DNA of 64,000 nt from Escherichia coli (GTDB lineage: Bacteria > Pseudomonadota > Gammaproteobacteria > Enterobacterales > Enterobacteriaceae), in the NCBI RefSeq assembly GCF_003991155.1, contig NZ_CP031293.1. One strand, 5' to 3'. This document shows positions 31,130-45,483 of this stretch, piece after piece (the first letter of the stretch is position 1; every line of letters starts with the position of its first letter). Both the position numbers and the translations under genes were made by a program. A model generated the notes under the pieces. That model saw only the letters and a list, made by a program, of their open reading frames with translations, was not told the origin of the DNA and did no database searches.

Positions 31130-31960
31130 ACCGGACTCCTCCTGCGATCCCTTCTGATACTGTCATCAGCATTACGTCATCCTCCGTCATGTCCGCCACA
31201 TCCGTGGAAGTAGGGATAACTTCATTCCCGTCCGGGCCAAAGCGGACACCTCCGGCAAGCCCTGCCGCTTTCTGCATCAGCACATCATCTTCAGGCTCTT
31301 CGTCAGCCTCGCGCCGGTTCAGCAGACTGAAATCCAGCGGATGCATATCCGGATCGCTGAAAAACAGGCTGAGCACGGTGTACGTCAGCCCGGAAAAGTG
31401 CATATCCAGCAGAACATCATGAAAATAATGGGTACTGTAAAAGCGGTGCCAGTCGGCATACTCCGTGGATGACATCCCGGCAAGCATGGCACGCCAGTCG
31501 GGTCGCCCCATCTCACGCGCCAGTTTCAGGGCAAAACTCAGCTCACCGTCGAACGCTTTCCCGCAGAAACAGGCTCTGCAGGCCCGGAGTCCTCTGCCTG
31601 TTCAGGGGCATCATTCACCACAAACTCATACATACCGGACAGCCGGTACACCACGTTTTCAGCATGAGAAATTGCCTCCGTGGGCCAGGTGGTAAGCACT
31701 TCCTGCTCAATCTGTTTAACGGCTTCATTCATGGAAGGCAGCTTTGTCTTCTGCGGATGGTTATGCCACAGGGACATCGCCACCACAAAAGCACCGGTTC
31801 TGATGGCGTCTTCCACAGTAAACTTCCGGTTGCTGTCTGACTCCGCCTGTTCTGCCTGCCGTTTCATCAGGGCGAGATGCTCAATACGCTGCAGGGCTGA
31901 CAGTTCAGAAAGCGTGACGGTCACACCGTTATGTTCAAATGATTCGGTTTTCAGGAACAT
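31122..31960 (-). CDS. GT: Tail assembly chaperone G-T fusion, made by -1 programmed frameshift
   Basis: G frame (31538-31960) and T frame (31122-31511) overlap at slippery heptamer GGGAAAG. Confidence 0.8.
31538..31960 (-). CDS. G: Tail assembly chaperone G
   Basis: 140-aa ORF MFLKTESFEHNGVTVTLSELSALQRIEHL... Confidence 0.9.
   Translation of the reverse strand: MFLKTESFEHNGVTVTLSELSALQRIEHLALMKRQAEQAESDSNRKFTVEDAIRTGAFVVAMSLWHNHPQKTKLPSMNEAVKQIEQEVLTTWPTEAISHAENVVYRLSGMYEFVVNDAPEQAEDSGPAEPVSAGKRSTVS
31556..31562 (-). promoter_or_regulatory. G-T -1 ribosomal frameshift slippery site
   Basis: Minus-strand GGGAAAG (plus-strand CTTTCCC) near the 3' end of G. Confidence 0.75.
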
Positions 31961-31975
31961 CGCTGACTCTCCGGA

Positions 31976-32716
31976 TTAACTGGCGGTGACGTTGATTTCT
32001 GCAACCGCAGCAAGTTCACCATTACCGGATACGACCGGAATGTTGACCTTGCCTGCAGCAACACCTTTCACGGTGATGGTCATACCACTGACCGACACGG
32101 TGGCTTTTGTTTTATCCGCAGACACCGCACGGAAGCTCTTGTCGGTTGCGCCTTCCGGCTGGAATGCCACGGTCAGCGTCGTGCTCTTCCCTTTCACCAC
32201 CGAGGTGCTGGCAGGCGTCACGGTCATGCCGGTTGCCGCTGTTACCGTGCTGCGATCTTCTGCCATCGACGGACGTCCCACATTGGTGACTTTCACCGTG
32301 CGGGTGATCACTTCCTTCGCCGTCACCGCCTTACCGATACTGCTGACCCAGCCGCGGAACACATCGATCGTGCCGTTCGGGAAGCGGATTTTATAGGCAC
32401 GGGTATCACCTTCATTAAACCACGCCAGCAGCGCCTGCTGCCCCTGCTCTCCGGGCATCCACGCCAGCGTGAAGCTGGTATCTCCGGCAGATTTCTGCCC
32501 CTGTCCGGTCGCGGTCCAGTCCGCATCTTCATCATCGAGATAACTGTCGTCATAGGACTCAGCGGTCAGTTCGCCGGGCGTCAGGTCTTTAACCTTTGCC
32601 AGACGCGACCAGTCATTGTCTGAAAGCGGGTTTGCATAAGGGTCGCCGCTCCCGTTATAAACCCACAGTGTGGTCCCGGCCCCTTTCACCGGTGCCAGAG
32701 GATTTGGTGTTGGCAT
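31976..32716 (-). CDS. V: Major tail protein V
   Basis: Start [27 protein letters not shown]...; Ig-like C-terminus. Confidence 0.9.
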   Translation of the reverse strand: MPTPNPLAPVKGAGTTLWVYNGSGDPYANPLSDNDWSRLAKVKDLTPGELTAESYDDSYLDDEDADWTATGQGQKSAGDTSFTLAWMPGEQGQQALLAWFNEGDTRAYKIRFPNGTIDVFRGWVSSIGKAVTAKEVITRTVKVTNVGRPSMAEDRSTVTAATGMTVTPASTSVVKGKSTTLTVAFQPEGATDKSFRAVSADKTKATVSVSGMTITVKGVAAGKVNIPVVSGNGELAAVAEINVTAS

Positions 32717-32723
32717 ATCGTCC

Positions 32724-33119
32724 TCACATTTCATAGGTAATGACATAAGTCAGATCGGCTGAACTCCACAGGCCCGCATCATCGTCGCGCCGGTAGTCAT
32801 AGCCACTGGCCACCATACTGGTGATCAAATCTGACAGTGCCGGGATATCGCTCATCACCGGATAAATCCGGGACTCCATCCACGAATCCAGCTCTGAATC
32901 CGGCACCTGAGCAGGCAGGAAAACTTCAATATGCAGCTCCGCCTGCCAGGTATCGCTGTCCAGCTCTTCGCCCGTGTATTCAGCGCCGGTGAGATAAACG
33001 GCAATTGCCGGAAAATCTTCCTCATCAAAAACAGCAGGGCGACCATCAAAAAGCGTCGCCCCGGTGTCATGCTTCTCCAGTGCATCCAGTACGGCTGCAC
33101 GGAGTTCAGTATGTTTCAT
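32724..33119 (-). CDS. U: Tail terminator protein U
   Basis: 131-aa [27 protein letters not shown]... Confidence 0.9.
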   Translation of the reverse strand: MKHTELRAAVLDALEKHDTGATLFDGRPAVFDEEDFPAIAVYLTGAEYTGEELDSDTWQAELHIEVFLPAQVPDSELDSWMESRIYPVMSDIPALSDLITSMVASGYDYRRDDDAGLWSSADLTYVITYEM

Positions 33120-33694
33120 CGCTTTATTACCATTCTCAGTTGATGCTGCAGCGCATAGCCCAGCTCTTTCGGAAGACGCTCACGCCGTATCCGCTCAATA
33201 TTCTGTTTAAACGCCGTGGTCAGCGGCACCGCCATCGGGATTTTCACCACATCAATGGGGTAACGGTTTTTCCCGGCCACACGCTGCATGACATGCCACC
33301 GGCCATTTTTCAGTTGCTGAATAAACGCGCCGGGAATACGACGGTTTCCCACCACAAGCACGCTGCCGCCACCTTTCAGGGATGAACGCTGCCCCTTTTT
33401 ACGACGCCTGCGTCGGGACAGGACAACCCGCGCGTTACCCAGCCTGATTACGGGCAAATCCCCCCGGTTAACCTTGATTCTGGCCTGCGGATTTTTGACC
33501 GTGGCCCTTTTCAGCCTGGCCCTTTCCTTTACCAGTTTCCGGCGTACCTTTGTCTCACGGGCAACCTGTGACGCCGACTGCGATATCGCGGATGAAGCAA
33601 CGCGGTTAATGGCCATTGCGGCGGCACCGGGCACCGCCGTTCTGCTGATACGGCTGAGGTTTTCAACGGCCTGCTCAAGACCTTTTATGGCCAT
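33116..33694 (-). CDS. Z: Tail completion protein Z
   Basis: 192-aa ORF MAIKGLEQAVENLSRISRTAVPG... Confidence 0.9.
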   Translation of the reverse strand: MAIKGLEQAVENLSRISRTAVPGAAAMAINRVASSAISQSASQVARETKVRRKLVKERARLKRATVKNPQARIKVNRGDLPVIRLGNARVVLSRRRRRKKGQRSSLKGGGSVLVVGNRRIPGAFIQQLKNGRWHVMQRVAGKNRYPIDVVKIPMAVPLTTAFKQNIERIRRERLPKELGYALQHQLRMVIKR

Positions 33695-33705
33695 ACATCC
33701 CCCTT

Positions 33706-34059
33706 TCAGCGGCGACGGTTAACGGCAGGCGGTACGCCCCGCCCAAGCCAGAGATGACAGCTTCCGCCATCATCCGGCGAAATCCGGTCTATCCAGAAGT
33801 TTTCCTCACCGATGGTCAGCGTGTCGCCGCGCCGCAGCTGCCGCACATCATCAGTCCGGACAAACAGGGACGGGCTGGAGCCTTCAACGCGCACGCCCTG
33901 TCCGGCATAGCTGATATTTTCAGGGTCATCAAAAACACCACGTATCACAGCACCGGACTGCTCACCGGATGTCATGGTGGCTGACGTTCCCATGTACCCG
34001 CGTATCGTTTCATCGGCGCGGGCAATGGCAGCATCGAACAGGTTATCGAAATCAGCCAC
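33706..34059 (-). CDS. FII: Head-tail joining protein FII
   Basis: 117-aa ORF MADFDNLFDAAIARADETIRGYMG... Confidence 0.9.
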   Translation of the reverse strand: MADFDNLFDAAIARADETIRGYMGTSATMTSGEQSGAVIRGVFDDPENISYAGQGVRVEGSSPSLFVRTDDVRQLRRGDTLTIGEENFWIDRISPDDGGSCHLWLGRGVPPAVNRRR

Positions 34060-34070
34060 AGCGCCTCCCG

Positions 34071-34469
34071 TTATTGCATTCTGGCCAGGCCGCGCTCTGT
34101 CATTTCAGCTGCCACACCGGCAGAGACACGGAACGCCGTTCCCGGCAGCACAAATGCCACAGGTTCATCCCGCGTGGCGTGAAGTGCATCAGTATGCAGC
34201 GTCACCAGTGCCACAACCGTGACCAGTTCAGCCGTATCCTGAATCACGGTATCCGGCTGCGCTGATACCACCTCATTTTCATGCCCGGTCAGCACATTTT
34301 CCCGGCTGAGAGGGGTGTCCTGACCGGCAGTTTCATCCGTGTCATCAAGCTCTTCTTCCAGCTCTGCCACACGAAGCGCCAGTTCTTCTTTCGTTCCCGT
34401 CAAACTGACATCGCGGTTCAGTTGCTCACCCAGCTCCTGAAGACGGGCAATCAGTTCATCTTTCGTCAT
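34071..34469 (-). CDS. FI: DNA packaging protein FI
   Basis: Start MTKDELIARLQELGEQLNRDVSLTG... (internal Met of the 145-aa ORF). Confidence 0.85.
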   Translation of the reverse strand: MTKDELIARLQELGEQLNRDVSLTGTKEELALRVAELEEELDDTDETAGQDTPLSRENVLTGHENEVVSAQPDTVIQDTAELVTVVALVTLHTDALHATRDEPVAFVLPGTAFRVSAGVAAEMTERGLARMQ

Positions 34470-34510
34470 GAACTCCTCCACAGAGAGAAAATGGCCCCGA
34501 AGGGCCATGA

Positions 34511-35536
34511 TTACGCCAGTTGTACAGACACGAACTCATCAGGATCAGCCAGCAGCATCAGCGGTGCTGACTGAATCATGGTGAACTCACGCGCCGGATC
34601 GCCGGTGGTCACCCAGTTTTTCGGGTAACGGGCAGAGGCGTTAATGCCTTCGCGCTGTGCGTCCGCATCCTGAATGCAGCCATAGGTGCGCAGACCGCGT
34701 GCCTGAGTGTTCCCCAGCACCATCGTGTTGTCCGGCAGGAAGTTCTTTTTGACGCCGTTTTCCACGTACTGTCCGGAATACACGACGATGGCCACATCGC
34801 CATACATCCCCTTGTAGGACACCGCTTTGCCCAGGTCTTTCACCGCTGTCTCCAGCTCGGAATGAGAGCCGCGACGAGTATCCAGCTTCTCCTTGACGGC
34901 TTTGAAGGAACGGAACAGCGCCCAGCCTTTCGGATCAAACACGATGATATTCACCACTCCGCTGGCGTTCAGCGCGTAGGCTTCGATATCGTCGGTCGGG
35001 TCATACGTGGACTTGTCACGCTTGCTCCACTCCGTGCCGCCGGACTGCGTGATGTTGTTGGCCGCACTGCGGCCCATATCCACCTCAACCGGATCGAAAG
35101 CTTCACCGGTCATGGTGTATTTGCCCTTAAGCACGGCAGAAACTGCCTGCATCTCTTCGACCTGGGCAATGGCCAGCTCTTCGTCACGCATGTTCTGCAT
35201 AATGATGCGACGGCGGCGGTAAGCCGGGTCCGCCAGATTCTGCGGATCTTCATCCGGCAGGCGACGCAGGGTCATCTGCGGATTCACCTCATGCTTCGGC
35301 TTGACATATCCCGGCGTAAATTCAGAGGTGGAGCCGCCACGGGAGCGGATAACCTCACCGGAAACAATCGGCGAAACGTACAGCGCCATGTTTACCAGCC
35401 CCGGAATTTGTGAGAGATAGACTTTCTCCGTGGTGAAGGGATAGCTCTCACGGAAAAAGAGACGCAGAAACAGCGGATCAAACTTAAATTTCTGCTCATT
35501 TGCCGCCAGCAGCTGGGCGGTTGTGTACATCGACAT
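34511..35536 (-). CDS. E: Major capsid protein E
   Basis: Start MSMYTTAQLLAANEQKFKFDPLFLRL... Confidence 0.9.
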   Translation of the reverse strand: MSMYTTAQLLAANEQKFKFDPLFLRLFFRESYPFTTEKVYLSQIPGLVNMALYVSPIVSGEVIRSRGGSTSEFTPGYVKPKHEVNPQMTLRRLPDEDPQNLADPAYRRRRIIMQNMRDEELAIAQVEEMQAVSAVLKGKYTMTGEAFDPVEVDMGRSAANNITQSGGTEWSKRDKSTYDPTDDIEAYALNASGVVNIIVFDPKGWALFRSFKAVKEKLDTRRGSHSELETAVKDLGKAVSYKGMYGDVAIVVYSGQYVENGVKKNFLPDNTMVLGNTQARGLRTYGCIQDADAQREGINASARYPKNWVTTGDPAREFTMIQSAPLMLLADPDEFVSVQLA

Positions 35537-35591
35537 AAAAAAATCCCGTAAAAAAAGCCGCACAGGCGGCCTTTAGTGATGAAGGGTAAGG

Positions 35592-35924
35592 TTAAACGAT
35601 GCTGATTGCCGTTCCGGCAAACGCGGTCCGTTTTTTCGTCTCGTCGCTGGCAGCCTCCGGCCAGAGCACATCCTCATAACGGAACGTGCCGGACTTGTAG
35701 AACGTCAGCGTGGTGCTGGTCTGGTCAGCAGCAACAGCAAGAATGCCAACGGCAGCACCGTCGGTGGTGCCATCCCACGCAACCAGCTTACGGGTGGAGG
35801 TGTCCAGCATCAGCGGGGTCATTGCAGGCGCTTTCGCACTCAATCCGCCTGGCGCGGTTGCGGTATGAGCCGGGTCACTGTTGCCCAGCGGCTGGTAATG
35901 GGTAAAGGTTTCTTTGCTCGTCAT
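35592..35924 (-). CDS. D: Capsid decoration protein D
   Basis: Start [27 protein letters not shown]... Confidence 0.9.
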   Translation of the reverse strand: MTSKETFTHYQPLGNSDPAHTATAPGGLSAKAPAMTPLMLDTSTRKLVAWDGTTDGAAVGILAVAADQTSTTLTFYKSGTFRYEDVLWPEAASDETKKRTAFAGTAISIV

Positions 35925-35933
35925 AAACATCCC

Positions 35934-37233
35934 TTACACTGGTGTGTTCAGCAAATCGTTAACGGCATCAGATGCCGGGTTACCTGCAGCCAGCGGTGCC
36001 GGTGCACCCTGCATCAGACGATCCAGCGCAGTGTCACTGCGCGCCTGTGCACTCTGTGGTGCTGCGGCCAGAATGCGGCGGGCCGTTTCCACGGTCATAC
36101 CGGGGGTTTCTGCCAGAACGCGCGCCTGTTCTTCGCGTCCGTGAGCCTCCTCACAGTTGAGGATCCCCATAATGCGGCTGTTTTCTGCCGCAACCGCTGC
36201 AGTGATCTGCGCGTTCACGTCCGGCTGCGCCGCGCTGGCGTTTTCGCCCTCCGTCGCTGGCACCACCTCAGTAACGTCAGCCTGCGAAGCAGTGGCTGAA
36301 ACAGTTGTTGATTGAGTCTCTTTGGTCATTCGCCCTCCTGAGAGACGGGATTTATGTGCATCCAGTGCATCACGCATGACGGTGATCGCATCGGTGCTGT
36401 TAACAAGTTCATCAGCCAGTCCGGCATCAATGGCCTCCTGACCGCTGTACACTGCAGCCTCGGTATCCAGCACAGCCTGCACAGACAGGCCGGTATATGC
36501 CGACACCTTCTGCGCAAACATCCGGCGGGTTGCGTCCATCCGGGACTGCAGTGTCTCCCGGACGTCATCCGGAAGATGGCTGTAAGGATTGCCATCCACC
36601 TTATGGCTGCCGCTGTAAATCAGCGTGATTTCCACGCCCTGTTTCTCCAGGGCAGCACCGTAATTACTGTGAGCCATCATGACGCCGATGGAGCCTGTCC
36701 GGGCGGTCTGCGTGACCAGACGCCGGGAGGCGGCACTGGCAAGCAGCTGACCTGCACTGCAGTTCATGTCGTTGGCCAGCGCCCATACCGGTTTTATGTC
36801 ACGCACACGGGCGATGATGTCAGCGCAGTCAAATGCCCCCGCCACCATTCCGCCTGGCGTGTCCATATCGAGCAGAATGCCGTCCACCATCGGGTCGCTG
36901 GCGGCCTGTTGCAGACGGGCGATAATGCCGTTGTAACCGGTCATCCCCGAGTACGGCTGCAGCGCCCGCGTCCGGCTGACCAGCGTGCCGGACACCGGCA
37001 GCACGGCGATGCCGTTCATGACCTGATAACTGCGGGCCTGTCGTGGTCCGTCATCATCACCGGATAATGCCAGCGTCGCGAGTGCCTCCTGGGCAGTCAG
37101 GCTGTCGCCGGACACCGCATCCGTCAGGCGGCTGATCCCAAGCTGGCCTGCAAGCGCACAAAAGAAAACCCGCGCATAGGCGGGTTCAAGCATCAGCGGC
37201 TCATTAAAGGCCATGCTGGCAATATGCGGGAGA

Positions 37234-37252
<19 letters not shown>
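35934..37252 (-). CDS. C: Head maturation protease C (scaffold Nu3 nested in the same frame)
   Basis: ORF contains VTAELRNLPHIASMAFNEPLMLEP...; probable GTG start after an AGGAGG run; start coordinate approximate. Confidence 0.8.
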
Positions 37253-40934
<3,682 letters not shown>

Positions 40935-40960
<26 letters not shown>

Positions 40961-41480
40961 TCAGCAACCCCGGTATCAGTTCATCCAGCGCGGCTGCTTT
41001 GTTCATGGCTTTGATGATATCCCGTTTCAGGAAATCAACATGTCGGTTTTCCAGTTCCGGAAAACGCCGCTGCACCGACAGGGGGATCCCGTCGAGAATA
41101 CTGGCAATTTCACCTGCGATACGCGACAGCACGAAAGTACAGAATGCGGTTTCCACCACTTCAGCGGAGTCTCTGGCATTTTTCAGCTCCTGTGCGTCGG
41201 CCTGCGCACGCGTAAGTCGATGGCGTTCGTACTCAATAGTCCCTGGCTGGAGATCTGTCTCGCTGGCCTGCAGCAGTTCTTCAACCTCCCGGCGCAGCTT
41301 TTCGTTCTCAATTTCAGCATCCCTTTCGGCATACCATTTTATGACGGCGGCAGAGTCATAAAGCACCTCATTACCCTTGCCACCGCCTCGCAGAACGGGC
41401 ATTCCCTGTTCCTGCCAGTTCTGAATGGTACGGATACTCGCACCGAAAATGTCAGCCAGCTGCTTTTTGTTGACTTCCAT
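40935..41480 (-). CDS. nu1: Terminase small subunit Nu1
   Basis: 181-aa ORF MEVNKKQLADIFGASIRTIQNWQEQGMPV... (HTH). Confidence 0.95.
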
Positions 41481-41657
41481 TGCTCATTCCACGGACAAAA
41501 ACAGAGAAAGGAAACGACAGAGGCCAAAAAGCTCGCTTTCAGCACCTGTCGTTTCCTTTCTTTTCAGGGGGTGTTTTAAATAAAAACATTAGGTTACGGC
41601 GAAGAAGAACGGAAACACCTTAAACCGGAAAATTTTCATAAATAGCGAAAACCCGCG

Positions 41658-41669
41658 AGGTCGCCGCCC
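41658..41669. other. cosN cohesive-end site, lambda type
   Basis: Plus strand AGGTCGCCGCCC is the reverse complement of GGGCGGCGACCT; flanking sequence matches lambda left-end TTTTCGCTATTTATG. Confidence 0.85.
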
Positions 41670-41868
41670 CGTAACCTGTCGGATCGCCGGAAAGGACCCG
41701 CAAAATGATAATAATTATCATCTACATGTCACAACGTGCATCTACGCCATCAAACCACGTCAAATAATCAATTATGACGCAGGTATCGTATTAATTGATC
41801 TGCATCAACTTAACGTAAAAACAACTTCAGACAATACAAATCAGCGACACTGAATACGGGGCAACCTC

Positions 41869-42063
41869 ATGTCAACGAAGAACAGAACCCGCAGAACAAC
41901 AACCCGCAACATCCGCTTTCCTAACCAAATGATTGAACAAATTAACATCGCTCTTGAGCAAAAAGGGTCCGGGAATTTCTCAGCCTGGGTCATTGAAGCC
42001 TGCCGTCGGAGACTAACGTCAGAAAAGAGAGCATATACATCAATCCAAAGTGATGATGGATGA
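41869..42063 (+). CDS. Small protein, possibly ribbon-helix-helix type
   Basis: 64-aa ORF MSTKNRTRRTTTRNIRFPNQMIEQINIALEQKG...; between cos and bor. Confidence 0.4.
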   Translation: MSTKNRTRRTTTRNIRFPNQMIEQINIALEQKGSGNFSAWVIEACRRRLTSEKRAYTSIQSDDG

Positions 42064-42425
42064 ACATCCCGGTTTCTTCCACCATCGCACCGGAAAAGCG
42101 ACTATGAGGGTAACCCTGCGTCTGTCAGCACAGTAAAACCCGGTGTGCATCGTTTTTGATTATTCCCGCACACTCACGCAGAAGGAATTCCCCGTCGGGC
42201 TACGGTCATGGTTAATGCGGGAATACGGCGACGATACAGCGCAGCTAAAAGGGTAATAGACGGATAGACCGGTTTATTTCATTCCACAGGATTCTGAGTG
42301 TCCCCAACTTCCTCCAATAGTCTGAGCGTACACCTATATAGTTTTAATTTTCATCAATCCATTTAACTATCGTTTAATTGTTGTCACATAGGATTCTGCC
42401 GTTTTTAACAATGCAGGATAATAAG

Positions 42426-42719
42426 ATGAAAAAAATGTTGTTTTCTGCCGCTCTGGCAATGCTTATTACAGGATGTGCTCAACAGACGTTTACTGTTGGA
42501 AACAAACCGACAGCAGTAACACCAAAGGAAACCATCACCCATCACTTCTTCGTTTCGGGAATTGGACAGGAGAAAACTGTTGATGCAGCCAAAATTTGTG
42601 GCGGCGCAGAAAATGTTGTTAAAACAGAAACCCAGCAAACATTCGTAAATGGATTGCTCGGTTTTATTACTTTAGGCATTTATACTCCGCTGGAAGCGCG
42701 TGTGTATTGCTCACAATAA
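42426..42719 (+). CDS. bor: Bor lipoprotein (Iss-family serum-resistance protein)
   Basis: Start MKKMLFSAALAMLITGCAQQTFTV... with lipobox; convergent with Rz as in lambda. Confidence 0.9.
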   Translation: MKKMLFSAALAMLITGCAQQTFTVGNKPTAVTPKETITHHFFVSGIGQEKTVDAAKICGGAENVVKTETQQTFVNGLLGFITLGIYTPLEARVYCSQ

Positions 42720-42750
42720 TTGCATGAGTTGCCCATCGATATGGGCAGCT

Positions 42751-43212
42751 CTATCTGCACTGCTCATTAATATACTTCTGGGTTCCTTCCAGTTGTTTTT
42801 GCATAGTGATCAGCCTCTCTCTGAGGGTGAAATAATCCCGTTCAGCGGTGTCTGCCAGTCGGGGGGAGGCTGCATTATCCACGCCGGAGGCGGTGGTGGC
42901 TTCACGCACTGACTGACAGACTGCTTTGATGTGCAACCGACGACGACCAGCGGCAACATCATCACGCAGAGCATCATTTTCAGCTTTCGCATCAGCTAAC
43001 TCCTTCGTGTATTTTGCATCGAGCGCAGCAACATCACGCTGACGCATCTGCATGTCAGTAATTGCCGCGTTCGCCAGCTTCAGTTCTCTGGCATTTTTGT
43101 CGCGCTGGGCTTTGTAGGTAATGGCGTTATCACGGTAATGATTAACCGCCCATGACAGACAGACGATGATGCAGATAACCAGAGCGGAGATAATCGCGGT
43201 TAATCTGTTCAT
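42751..43212 (-). CDS. Rz: Rz inner-membrane spanin
   Basis: 153-aa [39 protein letters not shown]... Confidence 0.9.
   Translation of the reverse strand: MNRLTAIISALVICIIVCLSWAVNHYRDNAITYKAQRDKNARELKLANAAITDMQMRQRDVAALDAKYTKELADAKAENDALRDDVAAGRRRLHIKAVCQSVREATTASGVDNAASPRLADTAERDYFTLRERLITMQKQLEGTQKYINEQCR
42810..42992 (-). CDS. Rz1: Rz1 outer-membrane lipoprotein spanin, embedded in Rz in another frame
   Basis: 60-aa ORF ...[19 protein letters not shown]...PPPPPAW... Confidence 0.85.
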   Translation of the reverse strand: MRKLKMMLCVMMLPLVVVGCTSKQSVSQCVKPPPPPAWIMQPPPDWQTPLNGIISPSERG

Positions 43213-43685
43213 ACCTCAATCTCTCTGACCATTCCGCCCGCTTCTTTGAATTTTGCAATCAGGCTGTCAGCCTTATGCTCGAACTGACCATAACCAGCGC
43301 CCGGAAGTGAAGCCCAGATATTGCTGCAACGGTCGATAGCCTGACGAATATCACCGCGATCAATCATCGGTAAAGCGCCACGCTCTTTAATCTGTTGCAG
43401 TGCCACAGCGTCCTGGCTTTTCGGAGAGAAGTCTTTCAGGCCAAGCTGCTTGCGGTAAGCAACCCACCAGCGTGAAAGAAGTTGATAACGGCCTGCAGCT
43501 GTTGATTTGAGTTTCGGGTTTAGCGTGACAAGTTTGCGAGGGTGATCGGAGTAATCAGTGAAGAGTTCTCCACCGACAATAACGTCATAACCGTGGTTAC
43601 GTGTCGGTTGTCGCCCGTTATCCGTTCCCTCTGACCATGCCACCATATCAAGGAAAGCTTTACGCTGGGAATTTAGTACCTGCAT
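43209..43685 (-). CDS. R: Endolysin R (lambda-type lytic transglycosylase)
   Basis: 158-aa ORF ...[38 protein letters not shown]... Confidence 0.9.
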   Translation of the reverse strand: MQVLNSQRKAFLDMVAWSEGTDNGRQPTRNHGYDVIVGGELFTDYSDHPRKLVTLNPKLKSTAAGRYQLLSRWWVAYRKQLGLKDFSPKSQDAVALQQIKERGALPMIDRGDIRQAIDRCSNIWASLPGAGYGQFEHKADSLIAKFKEAGGMVREIEV

Positions 43686-43688
43686 AAA

Positions 43689-44015
43689 TTACTCCTTAGA
43701 GCCACCAAACTTGTTACCGATTACTCTCATTGCAGCCCCACGAATAGCATCAACACCGATCAGCCCCACCCCACCACCAATGGCAACAGATAGTGATTTA
43801 GGCCATCCGACATACTCAAGAGCGGATGCAAAAGTCAGCGTCAGAGCGCCACAGAGTAGAATTTCGAGTGTTTTTCGCTTCCAGCCGCCACCACCGCCAA
43901 AATAGGCAATACGTAAACCAGCCATAACAATCGACATAATCACTGCGCCCAGCGGTGTGTCTCCACGCCACCAGCTCTGGACCAACTCCAGCCATGTATT
44001 TGGGTTATGAGGCAT
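43689..44015 (-). CDS. Putative holin, not lambda S type
   Basis: 108-aa ORF with about three hydrophobic segments, immediately upstream of R. Confidence 0.6.
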   Translation of the reverse strand: MPHNPNTWLELVQSWWRGDTPLGAVIMSIVMAGLRIAYFGGGGGWKRKTLEILLCGALTLTFASALEYVGWPKSLSVAIGGGVGLIGVDAIRGAAMRVIGNKFGGSKE

Positions 44016-44160
44016 TTGTAGTTATCTCTCACCTCGCTGATACAGCAGGTGCAAATTGAGGAAACATCATGTACCGCAAATCAGAAGCGGAAACGTCAAA
44101 GAAGCCGAGTCAATGGATAACTGCGGGATAGGCTAGGACCAAGGAATCCCCAGACCCAGA

Positions 44161-44189
44161 AACGACAAAACCCGCTCGATGGCGGGTTT
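44161..44189 (-). terminator. Candidate tR'-like terminator upstream of the lysis genes
   Basis: Hairpin AAACCCGC-TCGATG-GCGGGTTT; on the minus strand it is followed by a U-rich tract. Confidence 0.4.
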
Positions 44190-44306
44190 AAGCTGTGTGG
44201 CGAAGTGAGCACACTTAACAGATTACGATATTTTTTGCGTACGCGTTAGTGTTTTGATAGAATTTTCAGCCACATAAAAATTCATTCTTATAATTCGGGA
44301 TATATA

Positions 44307-45170
44307 ATGGATATAACTTGTTTAGAATGTGGCAATGTTCTTGACGACCCAACTGTAGCTTGCGATAAATGCGGTGCCACGCCTCATGTTGTAGTGCTGG
44401 GCAAACAATCGTACTTTCCTATTGGTGCTGTAACAGCAAATCTTGAAAAAAATGATTCAAGAGCATTTGATTATCGATTAGGTGAAGTTTGGGATCTAAA
44501 AAATGAAGTCACATCTGAATTCATAACCAGAATTGAGAAAAAATTTAGCCGAAAAAACAAATTTCATAACTTCCTAGACTCAGATCACAACCCTTCATCC
44601 ATTCCTACGATCCTAAAAAAATACATTAATAAGAATAATGAATTCATTGATTTATCTAGAGCTATAATAGAGAAGCTTAAACATAATGCTAATAACGAAT
44701 CGAGAGTTGCCCAACTTCAGGGGGGGAGCGTTGTTTTCATCCACTATAAGTCTACCGAACCAGAGGATTTGGGGAAACTTCTAATCGTAATGGTTGATAA
44801 ACAAAGCGCCTATGACTTTGATTCGGATAAGTTGACCCCAACAAGATTAAATCCAATTAATACCGATGCCTTACGGCAGGCTGCGATGTTCGATTTAACT
44901 TTATTCGAAGCCAGTTATCCAGAAAACAAGGGTGACTCATATGTACATTTCTTGCAAGGTAAATCTAAAAGCGATTTTTTCAAAGACTCATTAGGTTGCC
45001 GACATGATTCGGACAATAAAAGAAGCATTCAGCAATTATTCAGTGCTATAGATATTTTTGCTAGTAAAAACTCACTCGGTCGTGTACTGCGTGATACTAT
45101 TGACAATGAAGTTAAATCCTTACTGGAAAAAAATCAAAAGATAAACACGGAAATAAGTCCGTTAAGATAG
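44307..45170 (+). CDS. Zn-ribbon + NdpA/YejK-like nucleoid-associated-protein-family protein, truncated by frameshift at an A7 tract
   Basis: 287-aa ORF; N-terminal CLECGN-x10-CDKCG; FSRKNKFHNF, GGSVVFIHYK and YVHFLQGKSKSDFFKDSLG align by eye to YejK; AT-rich. Confidence 0.7.
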   Translation: MDITCLECGNVLDDPTVACDKCGATPHVVVLGKQSYFPIGAVTANLEKNDSRAFDYRLGEVWDLKNEVTSEFITRIEKKFSRKNKFHNFLDSDHNPSSIPTILKKYINKNNEFIDLSRAIIEKLKHNANNESRVAQLQGGSVVFIHYKSTEPEDLGKLLIVMVDKQSAYDFDSDKLTPTRLNPINTDALRQAAMFDLTLFEASYPENKGDSYVHFLQGKSKSDFFKDSLGCRHDSDNKRSIQQLFSAIDIFASKNSLGRVLRDTIDNEVKSLLEKNQKINTEISPLR

Positions 45171-45481
45171 AGGATATTTCAAAAATAATTGACTCATGCC
45201 TGACTGATTCACACAAATGTAAGGGAACGTTTGTCGATTTTGTTAATCTTAATGGTTTCCAGATTGACCCTCAATTTGAACCAACTCCTAAAGCAGCTGA
45301 AAGCGCGCTTACAATTGAAGTGGCAGATAACGACAATAATTTTAAGTTGAAAATAATGCGTGGAGCTATTGGAGACGAAAAGTCAAATAAGCCTGTAATT
45401 CTCACTGACAACAAATGCGAAATTGTGATAAAATTGAGTCAGGCAAATTATGATGAACTCAAAAGATATAGAGACAGCTAA
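45116..45481 (+). other. Open -1 frame continuing the upstream gene (YejK-like C-terminal region)
   Basis: Frame open from 45116 to TAA at 45479-45481, 2 nt before the next ATG; needs a -1 shift at AAAAAAA 45127-45133. Confidence 0.55.
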
Positions 45482-45483
45482 TA

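Noticed and set aside
36354-37067. 237-aa plus-strand ORF
   Set aside because: Antisense to head protease gene C; no independent support.
43689-44015. Calling the holin lambda S
   Set aside because: The translation does not match lambda S or the S21/essD-type holins; kept as a generic putative holin on position and hydrophobicity only.
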